Assembly (NCBI GenBank): GCA_031835245.2
Contig: JAVKOQ020000012.1
Location: 310,001-374,000 of the forward strand
Source: Balamuthia mandrillaris
Lineage: Eukaryota
Direction: 5' to 3'
Length of the DNA: 64,000 nt
In this document: positions 21,389-50,180 of the stretch, piece by piece
Numbering within the stretch: position 1 is the stretch's first letter
Layout: every line of letters starts with the position of its first letter
Program-made: the position numbers and the translations under genes
The notes under the pieces: model-generated
What the model was told of the DNA's origin: nothing
Databases searched by the model: none
Seen by the model: only the letters and a program-made list of their open reading frames with translations

Positions 21389-21621
21389 CAGAAGCAGGAA
21401 AAGGGTAAACGGGAACAATAGAGAGAGAGGCGTAGAGAAAAAATGGGGATGGAACCGTTTGACTTAAGTAGTGGCTCGTAACTTTGGGTTTTTTGAAGGT
21501 AATGAGGGTTGAAGCCTCCCTCAAAAGCGAAGTCATTTGGGACAGGGAACAACCGCACACGGGACAAAGCTACTGCAAGTTCTTGCGCCTTACAGTCATG
21601 ATAGTCTGTTGATTGAAAGAG

Positions 21622-21667
<46 letters not shown>

Positions 21668-21867
21668 AAGAGAAGAGAAGAGAACGATGAAGAGAAGAGA
21701 AGAGAAGAGAAGAGAAGAGAAGAGAAGAGAAGAGAAGAGAACGATGAAGAGAAGAGAAGAGAACGATGGAGAGAGAGAGAAAGAGAAGTTAAGGCTTTGA
21801 GGAGGCGGTAGAGGAACGAGTGAAAGAGCCTTGCTCGCAAACCTTTTCGAAAGTATTTCAGCCTCAT
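15443..21867 (-). CDS. SHOC1: SHOC1/Zip2/MZIP2-like meiotic crossover protein (XPF/ERCC4-like + HhH domains); multi-exon
   Basis: Spliced N-terminus MRLKYFRK|DYH...ALSRVRLFPVP, SLDDFMKTRG (~19190-19235), XPF-like IVERTLSSSVTDILLNEKMAMILV (~16800-16885), and HhH-like ERFLASFPMITPYIAQSLL (~16225-16280). These resemble plant and animal SHOC1 blocks as I recall them. Confidence 0.65.
21620..21790. repeat. Compound (GA)n/(GAAGA)n microsatellite in the first intron of the SHOC1-like gene
   Basis: Directly visible; a gaacgatg interruption recurs three times. Confidence 0.9.
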
Positions 21868-22125
21868 CTCCCTCTCCACCGCTACGCCAAGCTCCGCTAC
21901 CTGCGCTGGGTGTGTGCCGCGCGCTACCTTTTCTTATGCTACTTCTTGCCAACCCAAAAAAGAAAGAAAAAACAACAAGGCGCCGTGTCATTGTGTCTTT
22001 CGTAGCGCTCCTTCTCGCAGCGAGACTTCCCTGCTGCTTGGGTGGAGAAATAGGGGATAGTTGGACGGAGAAAAAAAGGCGGGAAAAAATAGAACACTCT
22101 TTTTTTTTTTCCTGGTTTTTCCGTT

Positions 22126-22168
<43 letters not shown>

Positions 22169-22445
22169 CTCTCATATGCTGCTATGGCTGGCAATGTGCA
22201 CCAAAACGCAGTGTCGTGACCATGCTGGGCTTCTAGGAGGTGCTTTCTTTGTTTGCGAGCTATCCTTCTTCTTGCTCGGCTGTTTTTTTATTATTTTTGT
22301 TGAGGTTGGGCAACTTGGGGAAAAGAGGAGCACTAAAAGCGCAAATGAACGAGGCAGAGCCCATGTTCTGGTGCTTCATGCGCCACGACTGGAAACATCC
22401 AACGTACGTATACACCAAAGAAACAACGAACGAACGAAAAGAGAA

Positions 22446-24152
22446 ATGGTGCTCTTTTCACTTGAAATCTGGCTGGCTCTTGCTTTAGTATTGCTGGCAT
22501 GGGCCTTCTGGACCGCCCAATGGAGACCCTCCGGCTCTCCTCCCGGTCCCTACCGGCTTCCTCTACTGGGCAACCTCCTTTCCCTCGGTGGGTCGCCTCA
22601 CCTCAGACTTCGCGCCATGGCATGCCGCTTTGGGCCGATCTTCTCCCTTCAACTGGGCTGTCGCTTCGCGGTTGTGCTGTCGGATTCGGAGGTCATCACG
22701 GAGGCTCTGCAGAGGAAAGGCACCAAGACAGCGGGGCGTCCTTCCTTTCGTCTCTTCGAGGTGGTCAGTCAGGGAGAAGACATGGCCATGGTTAGTTATG
22801 GTTAGTCCATTCGTCCTTCCCTTTTATATTGCCTTGTGTGTCGTTTTGACTAACCGTTTAAACAAAAAGGGGTGCAATGGAGAATACTTCGCAAGTTAGC
22901 TCATGGTGCATTGTTCAACAGAGCACGCATTGCTGAGGCTGAACCTGCCATCCTCACTCAGGTCTCTCACCTGCTTCGCCACTTTCACAACCACTCAACG
23001 ATAACAACAGAACAAAAGGAAGGGGCAGCACAACCTTCAAATAAGGAGGAAAGGGCAGCTTTCTATCCTCACGCTTTGCTCAAACGTTTCGGCATGAGCG
23101 TCATTGGCAGCCTCACCTTCGGTCGTGACCTTTTCGAGGCACCAGAACAAGACTTTGTACGTTTGCAACAGGGATTTGACTTTCTTTTCAAAGTAGGCGG
23201 CACTCCCGATCCTGCCGATTACTTTCCTTCTCTAGCCGGAGTGCTGCCCAACACAACACTGAAGAAGGTGAAGTCCATAGGCTCTTCCGTTCTCGCTTTG
23301 TTGGAAGGGTCGCTTGCGGACCATAAGAAGAAGCTCGATCCACATCATCCCAAAGACTTTGTGGATCAGATTCTCATTCATCGTGAGAAAGACGAAGTGA
23401 AAGAGAAGGAGTCGTTCTTGGATGATGCACGATGCTCGAAGCTGTTGTTTGACTTGTTCACTGCCGGAACGGATACTTCCTCTACTGTCATCGAATGGTT
23501 CTTGGCCTTTATGTGTTGCTTTCCTGAAGTTCAACGCAAGATACACGCCGAGTTGGATGAGAAGATAAAAGGGAGAAGAAACGGAGAAGATGAAAAAGGA
23601 GAAGAGGTTATGGTAAAGCTGAAGGACAAGAAGGAATTGCCCTACTTATCGGCTGCATTATTGGAGGCGTTAAGGTTTCGTCCACCAGCCATTCTTTCAT
23701 TGCCGCATGTTGTCATGGAAGAAGTCCAAGTTGCTGGTTACGTCCTTCCCAAAGGAACTCTCATCATTACCAACTTGTTTGCCGCTATGGTACTTTTTTC
23801 TTCCTGTTATCTTCATTTTATTTTTTTTGTGCTTTGGTGATTGATGTTGGGTGAATAGATGGATGAGAAGATATTCGAGCAGCCAGAGAAGTTTGTGCCG
23901 GAGCGGTTCTTGGAGGATCCACAGCTGGATGAAAAGGTCATCGCCTTTGGGGTTGGCCCAAGGCAATGCCCAGGCATGCTCCTCGCAGAGGCGGAGCTCT
24001 TTCTCGCCATCGCCAACTTGATGCTGCGGTTTAGCTTCGTTGCCGCTTCTTCTTCGAAATACGAAAAGCAGGCAGAACCTTCGTTGGACGGCGTGTTTGG
24101 ATTAACGTTGCAGCCAGCCCCATTTCCGATTCGTGTGCTTGCCAGGGAATAA
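22446..24152 (+). CDS. Cytochrome P450, membrane-anchored; 3 exons
   Basis: N-terminal TM helix + PPGP hinge, I-helix AGTDTS, ExxR (EALR), PERF, and heme motif FGVGPRQCPG. Confidence 0.95.
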
Positions 24153-24297
24153 GAAAATAAGCGATTAATTGAATCAACAGAGATAAGAGAGACAGAGACA
24201 GAGAGACCGAGACAGAGAGAGGGAGAGGGAGAGAGCGAGATGAAAAAGAATGAGGTATGCCAGAGGTTGATGAGAGAAACGCTTCTTCGTTAAATAA

Positions 24298-26936
<2,639 letters not shown>

Positions 26937-27370
26937 TCTTGCCGCTTAATAGAGAGACTAGGCACCGCGCGGTGAGAAAAAGAGAGAGAAGGGGAAGGGG
27001 AAGGGGACTCCTCAGTTTTTTTGTTTGGCGGAGAAGAAAGCATCGCTCCCACCTTAACCCTTTTTGCCTTCCTTAAAATGAAGTTGTCGCTTTGGGGGTT
27101 GCACTTCTCGCCCAAGGGAGAATGAAGGGTCAGAGAAAGGGGAAGGAGCAAAGGAGGGGGGGGGGGGAGAGAGAGAGATAGCTTACCTGCAGCAGGGTCG
27201 CGTGTGGTGTGCAGTACAAGGAGGAGGGTGCGGGTCCTGTTTTTTGCAGGTGAAAACTGGTATGAATTCGGAAAGGAAATTTCGGCTGGAACATTTTCAG
27301 TTAAGCAAAATTTTTCTTAGAAATCTAAATATTTATTTGCATTTCAAGAAAAAACAAAGCAAACACCACC

Positions 27371-27589
27371 ATGTCGGATGAAGCAGTGCTGAAGGTAAAA
27401 CAGACGTTTGGGAACAAATGGACGGGGGATGTGGCAGTGGCGCTGGCCTCTACCACGGGCTGGCAACTCAAGGAGAAGCTTGCGTTGTGCACCAGGGAGC
27501 CACCCAACGGCATCAAATGTCTTCACGCCGGCAAGTAAGTACTACGCAAAACTGTTGTGACTATTTTTCGATCTCTCTTAACGTGGTAT

Positions 27590-27628
<39 letters not shown>

Positions 27629-29601
27629 GAAAAAAAAACAGGTTTCTGAAGGATGAGTTGACTTTACAAGAGCAGAACGTGAAACCCGGAGCTCGCATCA
27701 TGGTCATGAAAGAACGGTCCGATGAGGAAAAACAAAGCATTGCACAGAAGGAGGACGACGCCACCAAGATTGATCGCCTTGTTTCTGCTGCTACCGGATT
27801 GGTACCCTTTATTTTTTCTCTTTCTTATGCTTTTGCGTTTGCTGACCCTTGGTTTGTGAAACACCAACACAGGCGGAGCGCAATGAGGAAGAGGACGAGA
27901 GCTACTACGAACCCACAACGGTTGAAATATATAACCAGGCGGGAGCCAAGATACAGCTCTTGCCTGGCGACAAGAAGGCGCTCACGGTTGGCATGACCCT
28001 CCATGACAAAGCAAAAACGTTGCTCCGCACTGGGGATGTTAAAACGGCTCTTGACTTGTTCCTCAGGGCTGACAAAGAGGGTTTTGCCAAGTGGTGTGTA
28101 GTTCTTCAGTTTTCTTCTAAAAACCAAGCTTAGTTGTGCGTGAAAAAAATAGCTCCCCAGACATCCTGAGTGCTGTGGATAACTATGGGCTGCTGTGTTT
28201 GGACATTGCATGGTCCTATTTTCTTCTTCAGGACATGGAAAATTTGAAAGAGGCCAAGTGGCGACTTCAAAAAGCTGCCGACTGTTTGGAAAAGAGTTAT
28301 GGGAGGGACCTCGAGAGAGTGAGACTGCTGAAGGGCGGTAACGCTGGAGCAGAACTCGTTCTCTTTGTCCGGCTACACCTTTTGGAAGGAATAGCTGCCT
28401 TTCATAACGGAGGTTTGAATTCTCTTTCTACCATAAACTTTCTTCTCTTTCGTCGTTTCTCTCTCTCACCACATCAACACGACAAAAGATATATCAGTTG
28501 CTGAAAGGGCTTTCAACGAGGCAGAGAAAAAACTTAACATTCTTGCTATCAACGACGAGGAACTAGTTGCTCTTGTGGGAATGGGTTTCTCCGACAAAGG
28601 TTCATTTCTCTTTCTCTCTCTGTCTGTCTGTCTGTCTTAAGCTTTTTTGACCTTATTATTACAGAGGCAAGAATCGCGCTGAGGGCATGTGGCAGAGACC
28701 AAGATAGAGCTGTGACGTATATTTTTACGAAGAGGGAGGAAAAACGCCAACAGAGGGAAGAGGAGAGAAAGCGGAGACACGAACGCCGACAGCAACGACA
28801 ATTGGGCAAGACAGCAACCGGCAAGTGGGTCAACGTAGAATTGTTCCAACGTACTCTTCTGCTTTGCTTCTTTCTATCTTTCTTCTGTTGTTCTCACCCT
28901 TGTTGATGTGGAAAAGGGCTTACAAAGGAGATGGGTTTCGACAAGAAGTTAGTAGGTGAGGCGTTGCGTCAAACGGACAACGACGAGTTTGCAACGATGA
29001 ACCTACTTACTGAGAATACGGAAGTGCTGCGTGCTAGTCTTCGCAGATCTACCGGCGGTGCTCCCAAGCAGCAGCAACCCGTTGATGAGAGTGTGGTATG
29101 CATTTTTCTTCTCGCTCTCTCTCTCTCTCTCTCTCATCATGCTCCTTGTGGTGTCACTAACACCGGGGACAAAAGGTCGCCAACATAGTTGCGATGGGGT
29201 TTTCCAGAGAGTTGGCTTTGGGGACACTCTCTCATGTTGGTGGTAACTTTGAAGAAGCTGTAAACTTGTTGTTGGAGGGCAAAGGCATCGAAGCTCCTTC
29301 ACTACCACAACAAGAAGAAGTGGAGCAACAAACTTCATCTCCTTCTTCATCATCATCATCATCAACTTTGGAAAGCACAAAAACAGAAGATAAGATGGAA
29401 GAAGAAGAAAAAGAAAAAGAGCCGAGCGAAGAGGAGAAGCAAAGGCTGAAGGAGGAAGCTTTGAGGAAGCAAATGGAGGAAGAAATCTTGGAGACGGTGG
29501 AGGAGGACGCGGAGGCCCATCTTGATAGTTCTTTGGAGGAAGAGACCGCCATCCTCAATCAGTACAAAGATCTTCTGGCCAAAGCTCGTTCTGCTCACTG
29601 A
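27371..29601 (+). CDS. NUB1: NEDD8 ultimate buster 1 homolog (UBL + NUB1 core + UBA domains); multi-exon
   Basis: N-terminal UBL (LKDELTLQEQNVKPGARIMVM), core VDNYGLLCLDIAWSYF...YGRDLERVRLLKG...LFVRLHLLEGI, and three MGF-containing UBA domains. Confidence 0.88.
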
Positions 29602-29653
29602 TCGCTTCTCCATCGTTTAAGTTTTTTTTTTTTTGTAAAACTGTTGTTGTTGC

Positions 29654-30375
29654 TTACTTTCTTTCTTGTTCTTTGTTATGCTGTTGTTGTCGTTGGTTGG
29701 TGGAGCCAAAGCCTTGTGCAGCCCGTTCTGTGGCATCCAACTCAGCAACCTCCTCCACCTCCGGCAGACCCACTTTCTCCAAGATCAGTTGCGCCACTCG
29801 ATCTCCCACTTCCACTTTTTTTTTTAAAGTTAAACTTTTCGTTACAAACAAAAAAAAGAGCACAAAACCAACCGGTAAAGTCAGAGTCAGAGTGGTTGAA
29901 GAGGACCACGCCAACGTTGCCGCGGTAGTCGGGGTCGATCACGCCGGCTCCAACGTCCATGTGGTGCTTCCATGCCAACGAAGAACGAGGCGCTGTTTTT
30001 TGGGGTGCGTTTCGATCAGAGTGTTAGTTTGCTCAAAGGTTCGCTCTTGTGTGGGCTAGGTGAAGGGAGGGACAAGGGAGCAAGATGATCACCGATGCGG
30101 CCGTAGTAGGAGGGAGGTATGGCCATGGCAAGGTCAGTCTTGATGAGTGCCTTGCCTCTGGCCGGAATGACACAGCGGTGCGCACTGTAGCACACACACA
30201 CAACAGGGCAAAGATGAACAACTCAGGCCTGCTGCACCTCAACAAACGCAATCGAGAGAAGCAAGGAGGGCACTACCAACCTGGCCAAGTCGTAGCCCAC
30301 CGCACCGGCAGAGGCGCGATAGGGCAGCACCGCAGAGGGGGACAGGCGCGTGACCAGCAGCTTTAGCTTTTCCAT
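29654..30375 (-). CDS. DUT: dUTP pyrophosphatase (trimeric dUTPase); 4 exons
   Basis: Conserved motifs GYDL, YGRIAPRSSLA (split by an intron), [23 protein letters not shown] and [11 protein letters not shown]. Confidence 0.95.
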
Positions 30376-31164
30376 TGATACTCTCTCTCTCCTTTGGTTT
30401 TATATTTGTGTTTGTCTCTTTCCAGGAAAAATAAAAAACGACGCAGGGACAACCCCGCGCTGCTCTAAACGCATCATTCTTGCTGGGTCACCCAGCAACC
30501 TCAAACAAAACATAGAAACACAGTGGAGACAAATGGACGAGCTCTGGTGGAACTGCAGGAGTGGCTCTCTTCTAAAGACCTCCCTCGTTTAGTTTGTGAG
30601 TTTTTGCTTTTTCTCCTTGTGTGGCGAAACGTACGGGTTTAGTTGTGCCTTTCCTCGGAGACACCGCGTCCTCTGTGGAGAGAGTTAGAGGCTGGTGTGA
30701 ATGAACGAAAAGGTGTTGTTTCGCGCTCTTGGGGGGAGTCTGGACTTGCAAAAGCCAGCTGGAAGCACCGGCCACATGGGGATGAGTTTCTGTGGTGCTT
30801 TCTTCCCCCGTTGTTTTATCGAAATTTCCTCATCCCCATTTTTGGAATATATAGATCTAATTAAACAATATTCTATTATGGGACCTGATTAAAATACCCG
30901 GCAACACCTGACAGAACCACGATGTAGACCAGCCCTCGCATGAAGACCTCATGCTCTGCGCCGTCTATCTGGACATGATCTGACCATTTACAAAGTCAAT
31001 GCCCATATGTTTTACCCGATTAGAATAAAAAAACTCCCTTGCGCCCAAAGTGACTTTTGTTGCGCAACAGCTTTGTTTCTTGTCTTTCTCTCGTCAAACA
31101 CGTCGCGTCCCTCCCCACCCTCCTTTCTGCAGCCTTTGCTGTTGCCCACCCGATAGGTCGTTAA

Positions 31165-33366
<2,202 letters not shown>

Positions 33367-33579
33367 GTCGAGTTGCTTTGCTATCATGGTCAGCAAGCCA
33401 CTCAGTATTTTTTGATGTTCCTTTTCAACGCTCTGTTGGTTGGTGATTCCACCCACAAATAACAAGACATCCAATGTCTATTCTTACACTGAACTTTATC
33501 ATGAAGGCCTCACCATACATAAAATTTTCTCTAATTTGTTTTTCTTTTGGGTTTTGTTTGTTTGTGTCTTTCTTTCTGT

Positions 33580-36500
33580 TTAGTCAGAGTCGCTGTCAGA
33601 ATCATCTTCAGCAGCAAGCTGCTTGGCCTTGCGCATGTTCTCCAAAATGCAGTCCGCCTCTCCCGCTCTTCCCACAAATGGATGCTGCATTTTTAGCATT
33701 AGCCTCGGGATAACGAAAAAGAGAGAAGAGAGAAGAGAGAAGAGAGAAGAGAGAAGAGAGAAGAGAGAAGAGAGAAGAGAGAAGAGAGAAGAGAGAAGAG
33801 AGAAGAGAGAAGAGAGAAGAGAAAAGAGAAAGAGAGAAGAGAGAATGAGCAGAAATGAAGTTACCTTGAGCAAGGCTGATGCGGTGGGTCGTTTGGCCAT
33901 GTCCTTGACGAGACACTGTTGAAGAAAGTCTTTCATGTCAGAGGACCATTTGTGAGGTTGCTTCAGTTCGGGAATGCCTTGTGTTGTTATTAAGAAAAGA
34001 GCCTTGACGGAACAATGTCAATAATTTAACCTTAACAAGGTGAGAGGTGATCTCACATACCTTAAGTGGCGGATAATCCATGTATGGAGGCTCTCCTTCA
34101 GCCATTTCCATGAGCATAATACCTAAACTCCAAATGTCTACGCCCGAATCGTAGTCTTCTCCTTGAATAACTTCCTATAATGCATACAAACCATTAATAT
34201 CCAAGATGAGCACTCCCCAAAGAGAGAGAAGGGGAATAGAGAGAGCGTACAGGAGCCATCCAATAGGGAGTTCCGCTACAATGTTTGACAAGAAGAGGTT
34301 AAAAAAAAAGGATGTGAGCAGGGATCAAAAAATAAATAAATAAAATAAAGTCAGCAGCGGAGAAACATACACAACAGTGTTTCTTAGTTGTTTGGACTTC
34401 GTGAGTTGAGCAGCATAACCAAAGTCAGCTATAATGAGAGAGAGCAAGAGCGATAGAGCATTATAAGCACAAGAAAAAAAAAAACCCAAATTAGCCTGCC
34501 ACAAAAACTTACCCAATTTGATTTCTCCCTTGTCATTTAGCAACACGTTATCGCTTTTAATGTCTCTGTGTATACGATGCAAGCGATGGATGTATTCTAA
34601 ACCTCTCAGCGTCTGTGCAGAACCAAAAACAATAGAGTAAGCACATGGCACAAATAGAGCGAAAAAGAATGTACCTCGCGGCAGATGTAGGCAATCTCCG
34701 GTTCGCTCATTTGCACATTGCCATAAGGATACTGTTCCAGCCACTCCGTCAACATTCCATAACCCATAAACTCCATAACCACCTTTGTAAAATCTCAAGA
34801 ATTAAAGAACAGAAAACAAAATAGAAAGAATGGAGCAAACGAGAGAAAGAGATACCCAAAGCTCGGTCTTGTCAACGATGTATGAATCATAGTACTTGAC
34901 GATATTGGGATGGTCGGATGACTTCATCATGTGGATTTCGCCGATAACATATTCTTCCCCATCCGCATCCAGCGCCATTTTCTTAATTGCAACCTTGTTG
35001 CCGTTTCGCGGATCATCTGCCAAGTATACTGTCCCTGCCGCTCTTTACCACAAAAAAAAAAAAAACCATGTTAATTAAAAACAATAACGGCTGAATGGAG
35101 GTAAAAGCACATACCCTTCACCAATCTTGGTTTGGTTTTTGTAGATCTCTCTAGGATCATCCTTTGAAATTAAGTCCTCTGAAGAATAGATGATTGAGTG
35201 AATGAAGACAAAGAGAAAAAAAGAATCAGAAAAAGAACGATCAGAACAAGGAAACAGAGAGAAAGAGAGAGTGTGTGTGTGAGCGAGCGAGCGAGCAGGG
35301 AAGGAGTAAGTCAAACCCCGGACGTACGTACCGAGAGTGAGTTGTTCTTCTTGTGGGAATGGAGTAGGAGTGTTCTCGATAGTTTCACCAGGAAGAAGAA
35401 GGTTGGTGCCAACTCTACCGTAGCAATTGCTGGCTTTCTTTGCGGTTTTGCTGCGATTGCCACGCTTCTTTTTCTTTTTGCCTTTCTTCTCGCCTGCCTG
35501 GCCTTTGCCGTTTGCTTTCTTGTCTTTGGCTGAATCCTCTTCCAAAAGTTGCAAGTAAAAGTCGACAGCGCGAATGGCCTCTCCTTTGTGTTCTGCCACT
35601 TCCTCCGCCGTAATATTCACACTCTTGAACATTGCTTCCCATTCTTTTGGCAACCCCTTTATTGCTTGAGAATGTGAGTTTCAAATATGATTAACTCGAA
35701 CAACTTGAAGAAAGGAAACGAAAGTGAACCAGAAAGAAAGGAAAAAGAAGTGGCACGAACAAAGATAAGAAAAAGAGAACGTACAGTGAAACCAGCGTTC
35801 TGATCAAAGGCAACATGAACGCTATGTTGAACAGAAATAGGAGCACTAATGCTATTATCCTCATTTTTATACTTGGCTATATTGGCATTAATGGCTTTGG
35901 CCCATTCGAATTGTTCAGTCTCGTTTCTGGCTTGCATGTAGAGAACCTTGTTCTTGCTGCGAGGAGTGCACAGCTCCAACACAAAGTTCTTCTTCTGAAA
36001 CTTGTTGCTGGTGTTCAATGTCGCGTCTTGCAGGGTGACGAAACCTTTGGGACGACTCATGTCCTATGATGCATCACCGTCACACCGATTCAGTTCCTTT
36101 TTGTTTTATCCTCATTTTTTTCTGCTTCTTCTTTCTCTTCTTATTCTATGCAGAGAGGAAGAATGTTGTCTACTGTACCTTTCCTTTAAAGTAGAATAGC
36201 TTATCGCCTTTCAAAATGAACATTCGGTACTTCCAATTCTTCCGCACATGGCCTAAAGGGTCAACAACGATAGTGAGACAACCCATTTGTGCAAACGAGG
36301 GCACGAAGTAAGAAGAAGTAACGATAAGAGAAAATAGCGAGAGAGAAGAGAGAGAGAGAGAGAGAGGAGAGAGAAGGGTACCTTGTTTCAATAGAGTGCC
36401 TTCTTTGTCTGGCTTTTCCCAAAGAGACTCATCCTGCTCAATCAAAAAACAAAAACAGGGCGCCACGTTTCGTTAGCGTTTTTACATGTTAAAGAAGAGT

Positions 36501-36660
36501 AAAATAAAAAATAAAAAATTGGGCCGCAAAATAAAAAACGAACCAAAGCGTCCAGCTTGTCTTTCTTGGCTTCTTTTCTGGTCTGCTTTGGGGAGGCCTC
36601 GCTGGCAGAGCCGTCCAGGTTCTTCAGCGAGCGGTTGGAGGGCGGTTTATTGCCTTCCAT
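33580..36660 (-). CDS. PAK: p21-activated (STE20/PAK) kinase with N-terminal PH and CRIB domains; multi-exon
   Basis: PH domain (KEGTLLKQG..NWKYRMFIL..EWAKAI), CRIB ISAPISVQHSVHV, and kinase motifs GEG.AG.VY, VAIKKM, HRDIKSDN, DFG and GTPYWMAPE. Confidence 0.93.
33720..33843. repeat. Heptamer (GAGAAGA)n tandem repeat in a PAK intron
   Basis: Roughly 15 or more near-perfect 7-bp units are visible. Confidence 0.9.
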
Positions 36661-37312
36661 CTTTAAAAAAAAAAAAAACCAAGCTCAAGTCAGTTGTGTT
36701 TTTTTTTACAATAATTAAAGGTACGGGTTACAGAGACGATGCACTTTTTTTTTGTAACGTACCTTCTTCTTCGTCTCTTTTCTTGTGTCTTAAAGATTTG
36801 AACAAAATAGAAATAAATAAACCAAAAGGAGGTCGGTGCTTTCTTTATCTGTTATTGTTGTGCACACGGTAGCAAAAAATGAGATTAAGGGTTTTGGTTT
36901 TAACGCAACGAAACCACAAAAAACAACACAAACCAAAACCTCTCGTTCTCTGCACAGCTCGCCGATAAAAAAAAAACACGCAGCCAAAAAAACACCAAGT
37001 CTCAGACCTCCCTCTCTCTCTCTCTCTCTGCCTTGCCCCCGGTTAAAGCACCTTTTTGGTGGTTTTTATTTATTTTTGACTTTGTTTTTTTTATTTTTTG
37101 CAACAATTTATTTGATAACTCGAAAAATATTGTCAATATTGTCGTTCCAATTACCAATGTCGACAGCAAACAGGTGGGAAATTTCAAATATTAGGGGGGC
37201 ACATCAAAAAACCGTCCAGGGTTTTCCCCTATGAATCGTTAGACATTTGTTTGACCAACAAGACAAAAAAAAAAGCTAGAAAAAGAAAAAGAAAAAGAAA
37301 AAGAAAGCGAAG

Positions 37313-49713
<12,401 letters not shown>

Positions 49714-50088
49714 CCGTGGGTGAAACTGTGCGCATATATATTACGGAGGCGTCCTCAATGTATCAGGACGACACGCCACGCACGGCAGTAAAACCTAAGC
49801 CCCTCCAATTATGGGACAACCAGGAATATTAAGCAACCACCTTAAAGTCTGACCGGTGTGAAATTTCCACCAAAAAAAATGGTTGGTTGGTTGGGTGCTT
49901 TGGTTGAAAGTTGTAGCGATGGTTGGCGGCGGCGGGGGAGGGGGGGCGGCAAAGTGGGGATGATGCCCCATGCATGACCCGTGTCCAACAAACCATCTCG
50001 CTCGCACAGTGTAGATAAGAGAGGGGTTGCTGCTGCCTCTTATCTTTTTGGTTTGTTTTTCCGCTCTCACTCTCTCTCACCGCTTCCG

Positions 50089-50132
<44 letters not shown>

Positions 50133-50180
50133 CACCAAAGAGAGCCCCCCCCCCCCGGTGGCAAGCAACAAGAGGCGAAG

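Noticed and set aside
30500..31010. Possible small gene or ncRNA between DUT and MET3
   Set aside because: Only short frames and a lone donor-like GTGAGT. No coherent gene model or recognisable RNA motif.
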